From NCBI GenBank assembly GCA_964016885.1, contig OZ024740.1, positions 326,120,001 through 326,184,000 on the forward strand: a stretch of 64,000 nt of DNA, in the 5' to 3' direction. How positions within the stretch are numbered: the stretch's first letter is position 1; the number at the start of each line of letters is the position of its first letter. This stretch comes from Eledone cirrhosa. Lineage: Eukaryota. A program made the position numbers and the translations under genes. Below are positions 46,232 to 58,481 of this stretch, piece by piece. The notes beneath the pieces are model-generated. The model worked only from the letters and a program-made list of their open reading frames with translations, did not search any database and was not told where the DNA came from.

Positions 46232-48394
46232 TGTATATATATATATATATGTGTGTGTGTGTATGTGTAACTAGTAAAACTGTAAAAACGCAGCGGTATA
46301 TTCTAATTTGGCCCTTTAAGGGCCACCTATATTTTCATTTAAGTAACTCCACTTACATCTATATGCTTTAATAAAAAAAAAATTAAAAACGCGTGAAAAA
46401 AATTTTTTTCATTTAAGTAACTCCACTTACGCGTGGTAGTAATACGGAAATAAACGCTGTTTTGCTTTCATCGGCTGCTTCGACTGACAGCTAATAAATA
46501 GCGTTGTAGTGCCAGATTTTTCTATACTCTATGTATATATATATAAATAGGTTTAGATGACTACTTTACATGCTTAATTGATTGTTCTACAGATGGATGT
46601 GATTCGATTAAACATAATATTACCTTATTATTTATCAATGACAAAGGTGGAATCAAATCAATATCTTGTTATTAACCAGATATTGATTTCACGTCCTACT
46701 TCGCTTAAATTTCGCTAGTGCGCGTGATCAACCGGATATTGACGTCATTATGCCACTGCCACAAAGTTATTGTAACGTAGTTATATTTATCTACTAAAAT
46801 ATATATTTATAAGGAGAAGAAAAAATTGTAGCACAGGGGAAAAAATAGAGAATACTAGTAATTATTCTCCATTCAACAACACGTTCAACCACCACTGATT
46901 CCCCATCAGTAGCTGTTATTTATGCGAGGTATTTCATCTTAAAATTGTTTTCTCTATTCAATCGTCTTTTCTCTAGTGTATCACGACAACAAATTGTTTT
47001 TAAGCTTTGTCTATATATATATATATAAGTGAAAGTAAAAATTAACCAATCCGATGTAGTGGATGTTTTGTGTAAACAATGAAAGCGAAAAAATCTTAAA
47101 ATACGTAAACTCCAAATATAATAGTGATTTACAGAAGAAATTTAAACCGTATGGCTAAATTTTATTGTAGGTCGAAAACAAAAACTGTAACTTATTGGAG
47201 AGGCTGTCCTCTGCGGTTATGCCTTCGCCATCTTGTCCGCGGAGAAAACCACCTACCTACACTGGAGTGTAATCGGCCACTCCCTCCCACCTTTCTGTAC
47301 TTTCACTATTTAATTTTTCCTCATTTCTATTTTTATTGCAAACAATGTATTGAAATTTGTTGAATATATTTACATACAAAATCAAAGTAAAACAGCGAAT
47401 CAAATTTTATAACAGGATCATTTTTATTCCTTTCCTCATAAAAGATAGACTAATATTTTCTAAACAATTTTGAAAATAAGGAAAAATTTGGAGCGATTTT
47501 GTAATTAACTCTATTGTTTGGTTGTTGTTTTGAACACAAGAGAGTTTATTTCATAAAATTATGGTAGAAGGTTTTATATATAACTCACTAAAATAAACAG
47601 TTTTGTATCGTAGAAATTTCAGGTGATAAGAAAAGAGAAAATGTAACCACATCAGCGGTGTATTTCAGCTGCTATATATCTAGTACTCTGTATTAGTTGG
47701 ATGTACAATGAAGGTTGGTGAATGTAGATTACAATGTGATCTTAACAGAGTTGATGGAATATGACCGTTGCCGAAGAGACCTCCGTTGTCCTACTTGGTC
47801 ACGGACTACTAGTATTTTCATCTGCAAAACAGGGAGAAGGATATTTTGCCTTCCCTTTTAGGTGCTTCTCCAGAATAGCTCCTTCCTTCATGATAAATTA
47901 ATATAAAAGAACGATATATTCCAAATTAGGTTTAGAGTTAACTAATTTATTTCACATTAGGGTTTAAGGTGCCTTTCCATCGGCGTTCGGGGAAACGCGT
48001 TAAATATATGTTTCTGGAAGAAAGGATAGCTATGAATGATGCAGTGATCTGAAAGAGAGCCCATCAAGGACATTTCAATCAACTGTCACCCTTTTCTTTA
48101 GAAAATAAAATTTATATTCTGTTCACCTTTATTAAGGTAACTCTTAGTATCCTGTACCGGGCAAAAAAGCGAATTAATGAGAAATCGTTAAAACAATTAT
48201 CGATTTTCTTTGTTACTAGTATTATAAAAAAATGACAAACTCTGTAATGCAAGGGAAGTAACTTCGTGTGTATGAGTTTTTTTTCTTGCAACACGTTTAA
48301 ATTTCAACGAAAATGGGGTTTTAGTTTATTTTTTTCCCCTGATATTTTCCTTTTAAAAATTGATGAAGAATATTTATGATCACTCTTATGCACA

Positions 48395-48600
48395 TTTTCT
48401 CTCTCAGTTCATTGATGTTTCATCGTTCGTGTACACCTTTATTGCAGTTCACAGGAGCATCCATATCTCATTTCTTTCCAAGCTTCGTAGGTTTTCTGCA
48501 CACATAGCCAAAGTCTCACTTCCATGTAGTATTGCCGATCATACAAATGTATCATACCATCTGCCGTAGTATAAGCTTTCTGAATTCTTTCCACTCGGTT
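48395..48600 (-). mobile_element. Decayed RTE LINE fragment
   Basis: Minus-strand translation includes SAILHGSETLAMCAENLRSLERNE, homologous to 431-1041. Confidence 0.7.
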
Positions 48601-48840
48601 CTCATTCTGGCTACTGTACTTTAAGTACATCCACCTGGCTGAGAGTCCAGTCTGAAGGGGCTAAGCTGTCAAAGTGTCAGCCGCTCTCTGATAAGTTTGT
48701 GGACCACACCCCTGCTTACTGTTATCGGAGCGGAGTTAGCTGGCTGCAGGTGCGAGCTCCGTTCTAGCGCATCTCCATCGCGGATCTTCGGGACAATGTC
48801 TTCTCTATCCTGTCTGTCAGGAACATGAGGCAGACGACAT

Positions 48841-48979
48841 TAATAATAATAATTGTTTCTACTTTAGGCACAAGGCCAGCAATAACCAGTGCATTACTGG
48901 TACTTTATTTTATCGACCCCGTAAGGATGAAAGGCAAAGTTAACCTCGGCGGGATTTGAACTCCCGCCGAGGTTAACTT
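48841..48979 (-). mobile_element. 5'-truncated SINE with (ATT)n tail and terminal foldback
   Basis: Minus strand gagttcaaatcccgccgaggttaactttgcctttcatccttacggggtcgataaaataaagtaccag...ggccttgtgcctaaagtagaaacaattattatta. Confidence 0.7.
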
Positions 48980-49745
48980 AATAATAATGAAATATTGTGT
49001 ACAGTGCTCAGGTGCACTACAACTCATCAAAAAGTGTATGTATAGTACATAGGGTAATGTACAAACGTCAGGAAAATGAACAGTGCATGAGTCATGATAT
49101 ACACATGTGTGCATGTGTATGGAAGGGGTACATCAGGTGTAGTTTGGGCGAATTTTGGGAAGCATGAGGGTTTTAAAGGATGCAGTGTCTCAGCAGCTAA
49201 CAACCGACGGAGGCAGTTTGTTCGATGCTTCAGCAACTCTGAGCGTGAAAAGATGTTTCCAAAAGTCATGGGAACTGTGCTGTTTTCTGATTTTGTAGGC
49301 ATGTCCACATGTGTTGGACACATGGAGATCAAAAAGTTGCTCAGGGTTGTTGTTGGCGAGATGGTTAATAACTTTGTGGGTGTTTACCAAGTCCATTGCC
49401 AGACGTCGGAGCTTCAATGAATCCATGCCCAGGGAAGCAAGGCGTTCAGGGTATGGTAGGTGTCTGATGGAGGGTATGCACTTGGTTGCACGTCTCTGAA
49501 CAATTTCCAGAAGGTCAATGTTCTGAGCAAGATAGGGGTTCCAGACTGATGATGCGAATTTCAAGTGTGGTCGTACCATAGCTGTATACAGCTTTAAATA
49601 GATGTCTGGAGAGTGGCTAACAAAGGTCTTGCTGAGTGATGCCAAGACACCCTCAGCCTTCTTGACAATCTTAGAGACATGCTTTGTCCAACGCAAATCG
49701 TTGCTGACAGTAATGCCCAAGTGACGTTCACAAGAGGAACGATTA
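48980..49745 (-). mobile_element. CR1/L2-clade LINE 3' fragment
   Basis: LGITVSNDLRWTKHV...KLYTAMVRPHLKFASSVWNPY...LEIVQRRATK...YPERLASLG, followed by a 3' UTR and an (ATT)n tail. Confidence 0.85.
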
Positions 49746-50103
49746 AGACAGGGGTAGGGTGGCAGCCGTCAGATGAAAGGGTTAATAATGCTGACGTACA
49801 CAGCTATATATAGTTCAACATTATTACGATTGAATTTAATCTAGCAGTAGATAAATTTTCCAGGAATAGACAATTTCTCATTTGCTATCGAAACGATTTA
49901 AGCTTAGTTGTTGGACAAATAATCCCTATAGTATGCATGATGTAAAATGATATTTGGTCACCCAGATAACAAAATGCCAACCTTGAGCATCTGATAGAGC
50001 TTGTTTCATGTGATCTCTGGCTTGTTTCATGTGATCTCACAGAATCAGCTATGAAGCCTAAGATCATCAGGCAGAGGGAAATAAGATGGAGCAATACAGA
50101 AGA

Positions 50104-50445
50104 TACGGTATATACTCATATATAAGCCAAGAAATATGTAACCATAGAAATGATGGTAAAATGTGGCCGGCCTATATTTGGCTCAATATTTTGCAGATTT
50201 TCACCAACTTCAAAATTCTATGTAAATGAGGTGCTAAATTATTTTTGTTTTGGAGGACAATATTACACTGGGTTTACTTTGGAGGTGAATATTACACTGT
50301 TTTCACTTTCGACGTGAAATTCGTTTTTCCTACTGTTTTTTATGTTATTTAATGAATATGACCTTCAAAATGGTTGGAAATTCTCAAACATAAAATAAGG
50401 GTTTGGTTTATATTCGGATCAGCTTACATTCAAATATATGTGATA
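50104..50445. mobile_element. Degenerate Tc1/mariner-superfamily MITE
   Basis: TIR-like ends tacggtatatactcatatataagcc / gcttacattcaaatatatgtgata. Confidence 0.45.
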
Positions 50446-50779
50446 AGTGCTTTTTGTTATTGCCTATGAAGTCCTTCTATACATCCGTTACCAGTGCCAT
50501 GATGAAGTTCTTCCTCCAGCCTACCCTGTCAAGCATTGCTGTCTGTTTCCAACCTGGTGTCATCTTCAAGAACATCCTTCAGTGTGGTAGTTGTTCTCCC
50601 AACTCGTCTGCACACATCAGATTCTGTATGCTGACAACCTGGTTCTTTTTTCTGAATCTAAAAAAAAAAAGAGTACAAATTCTTACTGTGGAAATAGAAC
50701 TTAGAATTAAAAGGATTCAGAGTAAACTTAGCAAAGACCAAAGTTTTACTAAGTAGGAAATAAAGGCAGGACTTCAGCC

Positions 50780-51135
50780 TTATCAGGGAAATGGTCATGC
50801 TCGGTTTGTAGAAAAGGAGTAGGTTGGAACTCTATACAGTGTACACAATGTAAAACATATGTACACAAGAGATGTAGTGAGATAGTAAGCAGACTAACAG
50901 AAAAGGTAGACTTTGTAGGTAATGAGCCTTGTATGAGGCCCAGTGTAATAAACTTTAAAATCTTAGGAAAGCTCCAAACAAATATTTAATAGCTTTTGCT
51001 ACTTAGGTGATTGAATTAGCAATGGAGGAGGTTGCTCTGAAAGTATAATTGCTGGAAAAAGTTCAGTGAACTACTGCCTCTGTTGATAAAATGTTTCTCT
51101 ATATGAACAAAAGACTAACTGTATGAAACCTGCAT
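50780..51135 (+). mobile_element. Decayed RTE LINE fragment
   Basis: SGKWSCSVCRKGVGWNSIQCTQCKTYVHKRCS... and later ...YLGD*ISNGGGCSES, the same family as 431-1041. Confidence 0.75.
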
Positions 51136-51349
51136 CCAATCCATACAAACAGAAAAAGATGATGGTGATCTTATACAACTTGTATCTATCACTTGAGTTT
51201 AGCATTATATAATATACAATCTGAAGGTGTAGCTATAGTTTAATATCATCGTCATCATCACATCCACTTATCTGAATGTGTATTTGTAGTTTAATATATA
51301 TATATGATGTTACTCGATCTGAAGGTTTAAATATAATTTAACATATGTA

Positions 51350-51500
51350 TTATAATTGTTTCTACTTTAGGCACAAGGTCAGCAATTTGGGGGAGGGGAA
51401 AGTTGATTAAATCAATCCCAGTACATTCCTGGTGCTTTATTTTATCGACCCTGTGAGGATGAAAAGCAAAGTTAACAATAGCAGTATTTGAACTCATGCT
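51350..51500 (-). mobile_element. SINE fragment, same family as 48841
   Basis: aattgtttctactttaggcacaagg...ttttatcgaccc...ggatgaaaagcaaagtt...tttgaactc. Confidence 0.7.
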
Positions 51501-51634
51501 GCAAAGGATGGTGTCCGATACTGCCAATCTGAAGGTATCTGTAGTTTAACATATATATGTCATACAATTTGAAGGTGTAGCTGTAATTTAACCTGTATAT
51601 AGTATAACATAATCTGAATGTATTTATAGTTTAG

Positions 51635-51841
51635 CCCTTAAGCATTTAAACCTGCCATCTCCGGCCAGAATTCTCTCGCCTCTTTCTGTTCAAATCTTCC
51701 GTAACCGGCTGCTTATCCAATATTAATGTATTGTTCTCAAAATAAATGACATCAACATCTCATAGATTCGATATTATGTGAGATAAAGCTTTTACCACGA
51801 ATATGCAATTGTAATTATAGAGTAATGTATATGCTAAATGG
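51635..51841. mobile_element. piggyBac-like MITE
   Basis: TTAG|cccttaagcattta ... tatatgctaaatgg|TTAA: imperfect TIRs with TTAA-like flanks. Confidence 0.5.
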
Positions 51842-52361
51842 TTAACTATATATGTATATCTCACAATCTGAAGGTGTTTCTGTAGGTTAACATATATGTA
51901 TGTCACATAATCTTAAGATGTGGCTGTAGGTTAATATATATATGTTACACAATCTGAAGGTGTAGCTATAGTTTAATATATGATGGTGTAGTTGTTACAC
52001 AATCTGATGGTGTAGTTGTAGTTTAATATATATATGTGAAGATGCATATGTAGTCTGTAAATATGTAAACTTCACATAAGATTGTATGGTGTAATTTCAA
52101 TAAAGAACTAAATTTTAATTCTCCAGGTAAATATTTACATCTATGGTTTATCAATATATAAATGTAGTAAAGATCCCACTGTTCATTTTCTACATTTTAA
52201 ATATTCTCAGTATCTTATACTGTTCTTTTTAAATTATTATTTCAGAATCTCACATGACATTGACATGAAAGAATTCTTTACATTAGATACATCATCAATA
52301 TTTATCATCTTTTGAAGACTAAAGAAAGACATACAGAACAGAAACGAGTGAAGAAAAAATT

Positions 52362-54989
52362 ATGGAAAACAAAATATGGGAGAAAAAGATTGAAATTAAG
52401 ATAGAGCCAGAAAGCAATGATTTTCCTGGTGAGGTATTGATAGAGACAGGAAAAACATTGTATCCTTGTGATATCTCTGATAAATCATTCTCCAAAGAAT
52501 ATCAACTAACTTCTCACAAATCTATTCCTACAGGAGAGAAGCTATACCACTGTGATATCTGTGGTAAATCTTTTTCTACAAATGCTATCCTAATTTTACA
52601 CAAACGTGTTCATACAGGAGAGAAGCCATATTACTGTGATATCTGTGGCCAATCATTCTCTCATAAACAGAGCTTAACTGTACATAAACATACTCATACA
52701 GGCGAGAAACCATATCACTGTGATATTTGTGGTAAATCATTCTCACAAGGAAGACACCTAATTAGACACAAGCGCATTCACACTGGAGAGAAGCCATATC
52801 AGTGTGAAATCTGTGGTAAATCATTCTATGAAAGAAGCAACTTAACTATACACAAACGTGTCCATACAGGAGAAAAGCCTTATCATTGTGATATTTGTGG
52901 TAAATCATTCTCTGATGGAAGTCAGCTAAATAGACACCAAAGCATTCACACAGGAGAGAAGCCCTATCACTGTGTCATCTGTGGGAAATCATTTGCCCGA
53001 AAGGTTCACTTGTCATTTCACCAAAGCATTCATACAGGCATAAAACCACATCGTTGTGATATCTGTAGTAGATCATTCTCTCGAAAAGCAGATTTAACTA
53101 AACATAAACAATGGCATACAGGAGAGAAGCAATATCACTGTGACATTTGTGGTAAATCATGCTTTCAAAGTAGTGAGTTAATTATACACAAACGTATTCA
53201 TACAGGAGAGAGGCCATATCACTGTGATATCTGTAATCAATCATTCTCTACAAATGGAGGTTTAACTAAACACAGACGCACTCATACAGGAGAGAAGCCA
53301 TATCACTGCAATATTTGTGGTAAATTTTTCACACGAAGAACTCACTTAACAATTCACACAAGCATTCATACAGGCATAAAACCATATCACTGTGATATTT
53401 GTGGTAAATCATTCTCTCGAAATGCCGACTTGACTAAACATGAACAATTGCATGTAGGTGTGAAACCATATCACTGTGACATCTGTGATGAATATTTTTT
53501 TCAAAGTAGCGACTTGACTAGACACAAACGCATTCATATACCAGAAAAGCCGTATCACTGTGATATATGTGGTAAATCTTTCCCTCAAAATGATGCATTA
53601 ACTAGACACAAATGCATTCAAATAGGTGTAAAACCCTATTGCTGTAATATCTGTGGTAAATCATTCTCTACATTTGGAGACTTAACTAAGCATAAAAAGG
53701 TTCACTCAGGAGAAAAGCCATATCACTGTGACATCTGTGGTAAATCATTCTCTAGAAGTAATGTTTTAACTATACACAAGCGTATTCATACAGGAGAGAA
53801 ACCATATCACTGTGTGGTCTGTGGTAAATCATTCTCTACAAATGGAGCCTTAACTAAACACAAGCATGTTGATACAGGAGAGAAGCTATATATTAGTGAC
53901 ATCTGTAGTAAATCATTATCTGAAAGAGATAACTTAACTTCTCACAATCATATTCATACAGATGAGAAGTTACATCATTGTGATATCTGTGGGAAATCAT
54001 TCTCTCAAAATAATACATTAACTCGACACAAAAGTATTCATACACAACAGAAGCCATATCACTGTAATATCTGTGGGAAATCATTCTCTCGAAATGATGC
54101 GTTAACTCAACACAAAAGTATTCATACTGGAGGACAGCCATATCAATGTGATATTTGTGATAAAACATTCTCTGAAGCAAGCAGGTTAACTAAACACAAA
54201 CTTATTCATACAGAAGAGGAGCCATTTCACTGTGATATCTGCAGTAAATCATTTTCTCAGAATGGAGAATTAACTAAACACAAGCAGGTTCATAGAGGAG
54301 AGAAGCCATTTCGTTGTGATATCTGTGGTAAATCTTTTTCTACAAATGGAAATTTAAATGAACACAAGCATCTTCATACAGGAGAGAGGCCATATCACTG
54401 TGATATCTGTGGTAAATCATTCTCTACAAATGGAGGCTTAACTAAACACAAGCATCTTCACACAGGAGAGAAACCATATCACTGTGATATTTGTGGTAAA
54501 TCATTCTCTCGAAATGAAAATTTAACAAGACACAAACAATTGCATACAGGGGAGAAGCCATATCACTGTGACATCTGTGATAAATCATTCTTTCAAAATG
54601 GTGACTTAACTTCTCATAAACGTGTTCATACAAGAGATAAGTTGTATCTCTGTGATATCTGTGGTCAATCATTCTCTCATAAAAATTCCTTAACTAGACA
54701 CAAACGCACTCATACAGGTGAGAAGCCTTATCATTGTGATATCTGTGGTAAATCTTTCACTGATAATAGTCCTTTAACAAAGCACATACGCACACATACA
54801 GGAGAGAAGCCGTATCCCTGTGACATCTGTGGTAAATCTTTCTCTCGAAGTGGAGACTTAACTTTGCACATACGTACACATACTGGAGAGAAACCTTATC
54901 ATTGTACAATTTGTGGTAAATCATTCTCTACAAATGGATCCTTAACGTCTCACAAACGTGTTCATACAGGAGAAAAGTCATATCTCTGA
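52362..54989 (+). CDS. Tandem C2H2 (Kruppel-type) zinc-finger protein, 875 aa, ~30 finger repeats, single coding exon
   Basis: Repeats of CxxC-x12-HxxxH with TGEKPY linkers follow a short acidic N-terminus. There is a likely splice acceptor ttatttcag at 52245 and AATAAA sites at ~55077 and ~55210. Confidence 0.95.
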   Translation: MENKIWEKKIEIKIEPESNDFPGEVLIETGKTLYPCDISDKSFSKEYQLTSHKSIPTGEKLYHCDICGKSFSTNAILILHKRVHTGEKPYYCDICGQSFSHKQSLTVHKHTHTGEKPYHCDICGKSFSQGRHLIRHKRIHTGEKPYQCEICGKSFYERSNLTIHKRVHTGEKPYHCDICGKSFSDGSQLNRHQSIHTGEKPYHCVICGKSFARKVHLSFHQSIHTGIKPHRCDICSRSFSRKADLTKHKQWHTGEKQYHCDICGKSCFQSSELIIHKRIHTGERPYHCDICNQSFSTNGGLTKHRRTHTGEKPYHCNICGKFFTRRTHLTIHTSIHTGIKPYHCDICGKSFSRNADLTKHEQLHVGVKPYHCDICDEYFFQSSDLTRHKRIHIPEKPYHCDICGKSFPQNDALTRHKCIQIGVKPYCCNICGKSFSTFGDLTKHKKVHSGEKPYHCDICGKSFSRSNVLTIHKRIHTGEKPYHCVVCGKSFSTNGALTKHKHVDTGEKLYISDICSKSLSERDNLTSHNHIHTDEKLHHCDICGKSFSQNNTLTRHKSIHTQQKPYHCNICGKSFSRNDALTQHKSIHTGGQPYQCDICDKTFSEASRLTKHKLIHTEEEPFHCDICSKSFSQNGELTKHKQVHRGEKPFRCDICGKSFSTNGNLNEHKHLHTGERPYHCDICGKSFSTNGGLTKHKHLHTGEKPYHCDICGKSFSRNENLTRHKQLHTGEKPYHCDICDKSFFQNGDLTSHKRVHTRDKLYLCDICGQSFSHKNSLTRHKRTHTGEKPYHCDICGKSFTDNSPLTKHIRTHTGEKPYPCDICGKSFSRSGDLTLHIRTHTGEKPYHCTICGKSFSTNGSLTSHKRVHTGEKSYL

Positions 54990-55589
54990 TCTATTTGGTA
55001 AATCATTCTGTAAAAAAATTATCCTAACTACCCTTATATGTATTGATATAGGAGAGTAACCATATCAAGTCATTCTAATAAAAAAATATCTTATAAATGT
55101 ATTCACACAGCAAAGAACATATTACAATGTTTGGTAACAATCTTTGAACACTATATTTTATACAACCACATTTATCTACATTACTGAAATAACTTATTAT
55201 GATGCTTTTAATAAAATTATTCTTTCACAAATAGCATTATCGTCATTATTATTTTACTAGTGGGTAATTGCTGGCCTTGTGCCTAAAGTAGAAACAATTA
55301 TTTTACGAGTGCTTTTTCATTTTTGCATAAGTTGAATAATTCTTTTCCAGCACAGCTTTCCTCCACCTACTGTATTTTTTTCATCCGATTCAACCTTTTA
55401 AAATCTACTATCACTACTTCCCAGCTTTTCCTAGACCTTCCTCTACTGCAAATTCCTTTCATTGGGAACTTCTGGCACATCTTCACCTAACTTTGATTGT
55501 CAGTATGCATCACATTGCCAAACCAGTGTGGTCTTGTCTTTTGTACACTACATTTGATTCTTCTTATATTCAAAGTTACTTATTACCTC

Positions 55590-57283
55590 TATTTAACTCT
55601 ATTTCTAGCACATCTATGGACCTTCATGAGCCCCCCCCCCTCCCCTTAGCTGCTTTTTCTAGCACTCTTATGGAGCACTGAGGTTCCCGCTATTTACCTG
55701 CTATTTCTAGCAGAACTGTGAACCACCATGTGATTTCTCTATTTAGCTGATATTTCCTACGAAATAGGTGCAACCACATGCTGGACTATAGGTATGTTAG
55801 AAAGAGCAGCTACATCAGCTTAACAGGTGTAACCTCATGATGAACTATAATTGGACTAGAAATAGCGGCGGAACATGGAAAATCTCAGAGATCCATAGGT
55901 GAGCGATATATAGCAGCTAAATACAGGGAACCATAGAATGGGTAATAGGAGTGCTAGAAATAGCAGCTAAATGGGGGAAGCCACATAGTGGTCTAAAGGT
56001 GTGCTAGAAATAGCAGCTAAGTAGATGGACCACATAGTGATCTATGAGTGTGCAAGAAATAGCAACGAAAGAGGAGGAACCTTAGGTGTGCTAGAAATAG
56101 CTAAATCGGGAACATTATAGTGGTCCATAAGTGTGCTAGAAAATGCAGCTCAATAGGGGGTACCTCATAGTGGGCCATAGGTATGCTACAAATAGCAGCT
56201 AAATAGGGAGAAAAATATAGCGGTGCATAAGTTTGCTAGAAATAGCAACTAAAAAGTGGGAACCACATGGAAATAGAAGCTACATCATCTAAAGAGGGAG
56301 GGACCTCGTGGTGGTCTATAGGTGTGCTATAAATATCAGCAAAAAAAGGGGAACCACAGAATGGTCTATAGGTTTGCTACAAATAGCAGCTAAATAAAGG
56401 GAGCCTCGTGATGGTCCAAACGTATGCAAGAAAAAGCAGCTAAATAGGTGGAACCACATGATGGTCTAAAGGTGTGCTAGAAAAAGCAGCTGAATTGTGG
56501 GAACATCATCGTTGTCTATAAGTGTGCTACAAGCAGCAGCTAAATAGAGGGAAACTCATGATGGTCCATATGTGTGTTAGAAATAGCAGTTAAATAGGGT
56601 ACCACATGGTGCTACATAGTTTTCTAGAAATAGCAGCTAAATAGGAGAAATCTTATGGTAGTCCTTAGGTATGCTAGAAATTGCAGCTAATTAGGGGGAA
56701 CATCATGGTGGTCCAAAGATGTGCTACAAATAGCAGCTACATCAGCTAAATAGGGGAAACTTCATGGCAGTCCATAGCAGCTAAATAAGGGGATCCTCAT
56801 GGTGGTCCATATGTATGTTAGAAATAGCAGCTAAATAGAGAGAACCTTATGGTGGTCCAGATTAGGTGTGCTAGAAATAGCAGCTAAATAGATGGAACCA
56901 TATTGTGGAACCATATAGGTATGTTAAAAAGAGCAGCTACATTAACTTAACAGGGGGAACCTCATAGTGGTCTGTAGGTGTGCTACAAAGAGAAGCAAAT
57001 TGGGGGAAACCTCAGAGTGACCTAGCAGCTAAGTAGTGGGAACCACACGGTGATCCATAAGTATGCTAGAAATAGCAGCTTCATCAGCTAAACAGGGGGA
57101 ACCTTGTGGTGGTCCATAGGTGTGCTAGAAATAGTAGCTACATCAGCTAAACGGGGGAATCTTATGGTGGTCTGTAGGTGTGCTACAAATAGCTGCTACA
57201 TCAGCTAAGAAGGGGGAACCTTATGGTGGTGCATAGGTGTGCTAGATTAGCTAAACAGGAGGAACCACAAGGTGGTCCATAGA
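55590..57283. repeat. ~47-50-bp satellite (ggtgtgctagaaatagcagctaaatagggggaacctcatggtggtccata), first units inverted
   Basis: About 30 direct units from ~55765, with reverse-complement units (gctatttctagca) at 55590-55760. Confidence 0.9.
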
Positions 57284-57303
57284 TGATGTACACACACACA
57301 TAT

Positions 57304-57560
57304 CATCATCACCGTTTTACATCCGTTCTTCCACGCTAGCATGGGTTAGACGGGTTGTCCTGTTGTGGGCAGTGTCTGTTCGGCTGACCATGCCTTGCTC
57401 ATACAGGAACTGATTTGGCTTGATTTCTACAGCTGGATGCCCTTCCTAACACCAACCTCATTTACAGTGAGTGCTGGGTGCTTTTTCGTGGCGCCTACAC
57501 GTCCACTTTACAGTGTGGGCTGGGTGCTTTTTTGCCGTGGCACCTCCACGACCACCTTGC
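57304..57560 (-). mobile_element. SINE/RTE-type 3' tail, same tail as the 2254 SINE
   Basis: catcatcaccgttttacatccg...gctagcatgggttagacgg...ttctacagctggatgcccttcctaacaccaacc. Confidence 0.7.
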
Positions 57561-57700
57561 GGTGGGGGGTGTGGGGGCATATTGTCTATATGCTTCAGCT
57601 TGTACCCATGGGAGGTCGGGTACTCTGTATTACTGCGTGACGCCAGAAGTCACGGTCGTGTGTCATTGTCTTTGAGAGGTGTAATTGGGTAAGGTCGGCT

Positions 57701-57731
<31 letters not shown>

Positions 57732-57797
57732 TTGTCTGCTGGGCGCACAAGCAGAAGGAAGTGTTTTTCCTGCCAGCGGCTTTTCACGAAATCGAAT

Positions 57798-57887
57798 TTC
57801 AACTGAGGATACCGTTCTCATAACAACAACAAATGCATGAATTACATCTTGATTGCATGGGAGAACTGTTGAAAAAATTATAATGAA
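57798..57887 (+). ncRNA. Type I hammerhead motif family D (helix I mismatch)
   Basis: uucaa CUGAGGA uaccguucuc...gagaacuguu GAAA aaauua U A augaa. Confidence 0.5.
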
Positions 57888-58312
57888 TAAACAATTTATG
57901 TAACATCACCATCTTTCTTAATGTTATTATATACATATAAATAAATATATATATATAAATATGCAGACGGTTGGTGCAGTGCACCTTACTGCTGCATTAG
58001 TGCAGCAGAAACTCGAGTCCGGGAACCATTATAGGCACCCGTTTTACGTGTGTTATGTTGAAGCAAATAACTATGTGTATACTCTGGGAATGTATCTTAC
58101 ATTGCCCATGGAGTACGCTGAGAGACAACTGGTACTGGCATTGATAAATATGCTGTGTCCGTCAACTCATTATTATTATTATCTCCCAACTAGCGGACTA
58201 TTGAGAGTAAAACTCACCTCCTACATATATATATATATATACATATTTGTCTGTTGGGCGCACAAGCAGAAGGACATGTTTTTCCAGCCAGCGGCTTTTA
58301 ACAAAATCGAAT

Positions 58313-58402
58313 TTCATCTGAGGATACCGTTCTCATAATAACAACAAATGCATGAATTACATCTTGATTGCATGGGAGAACTGTTGAAAAAATTATAATG
58401 AA
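58313..58402 (+). ncRNA. Type I hammerhead motif family D
   Basis: uucau CUGAGGA uaccguucuc...gagaacuguu GAAA aaauua U A augaa. Helix III is one change from the palindrome AUAAUUAU. Confidence 0.6.
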
Positions 58403-58481
58403 TAAACGATTTATATAATATCAGCATCTTTCTTAATGTTATTATATACATATATATAAATAAATATATATATATATATAT

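Larger units (their letters stand above)
51205..52060. repeat. ~42-bp minisatellite (acaatctgaaggtgtagctatagtttaatatatatatgtt) interrupted by a SINE and a MITE
   Basis: The motif recurs about 10 times. Confidence 0.65.

Noticed and set aside
47150-47300. Possible promoter or first exon of the ZNF gene (GC-richer patch with a CGCCATCTT YY1-like motif)
   Set aside because: It is plausible but cannot be tied to the gene without transcript data.
50020-50075. Minus-strand CUGAUGA...GAAAC
   Set aside because: No helix II closes onto GAAA, and there is no helix III or NUH site.
55765-57283. CRISPR-like appearance of the 47-50-bp array
   Set aside because: The whole unit is repeated with drift, there are no unique spacers or cas genes, and the context is eukaryotic.
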